64,000 nucleotides of DNA, from contig CAZNDO010000001.1 of NCBI GenBank assembly GCA_964571855.1, forward strand, positions 863,629-927,628, written 5' to 3'. The stretch is from an uncultured Gemmatimonadota bacterium. GTDB lineage: Bacteria; ARS69. Below, piece after piece: positions 63,826 to 64,000 of this stretch. Both the position numbers and the translations under genes were made by a program. Below the pieces are notes generated by a model, which did no database searches, was not told the origin of the DNA, and was given only the letters and a program-made list of their open reading frames with translations. Each line of letters opens with the position of its first letter. The stretch's first letter is position 1.

Positions 63826-64000
63826 GTGAACCGAAGCCCCGCGCTCGCCGTCCTTGCCGCCGCATCCGTGCTCCTCGCCGCCGCCCCCGCGCGGTCGGCC
63901 GGCGCCGTGGATGCCCCCGCGCCCTCGCAGCTCGTGCACGACGTGTGGACGATCGATGACGGCCTCCCGCAGAACAGCGTGCTCGCGGTCCGCCGCACGC
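63826..64000 (+). CDS. 5' part of a protein with two-component-regulator propeller repeats (ligand-binding sensor)
   Basis: Hand translation from GTG 63826: signal peptide, then QLVHDVWTIDDGLPQNSVLAVRRT; runs off the window edge. Confidence 0.75.
   Translation, partial: MNRSPALAVLAAASVLLAAAPARSAGAVDAPAPSQLVHDVWTIDDGLPQNSVLAVRRT

Noticed and set aside
1-64000. Prophage, IS element or integrative island
   Set aside because: No transposase, integrase, phage structural gene or tRNA attachment site was recognised; only small TA-like modules are present.

Overview
A very GC-rich bacterial chromosomal window with about 45 real genes; most long ORFs in the supplied track are antisense or off-frame shadows. 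About 11 exported proteins end in the same FlgD-Ig/T9SS-like C-terminal domain (PNPF...YDxxGRxVRxL...W...GxYF), and one more ends in SWGKVKDAYRE. I infer from this an FCB-related candidate phylum (Eisenbacteria/Krumholzibacteriota/Latescibacterota-like). Recognisable loci: a PspA/IM30 operon with an SBP-OmpA fusion, ABC permease, ABC ATPase and a membrane coiled-coil protein, plus a nearby AAA ATPase; glpK; kefF/kefC-like genes; a GH13 amylase; two Ser/Thr kinase-ECF sigma modules; norR / ytfE-qNOR with a sigma54 promoter; an HEPN-MNT pair coupled to htrA and a rhodanese; a DUF4160-DUF2442 pair with a nonsense codon; and a PPC-repeat protein with apparently identical 675-bp repeats. The most novel signal is at 24774-30247. 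An exported TPR-CHAT (caspase-clan) protease lies divergent from an ECF sigma and a membrane kinase with an extracytoplasmic DUF4384-like domain. The two unrelated proteins share the octapeptide LRGVGRAT, encoded with different synonymous codons, which suggests protease-triggered signalling across the membrane. No rRNA, convincing tRNA, CRISPR array, transposase or integrase was seen. All domain names come from motif recognition by eye, not from database searches.
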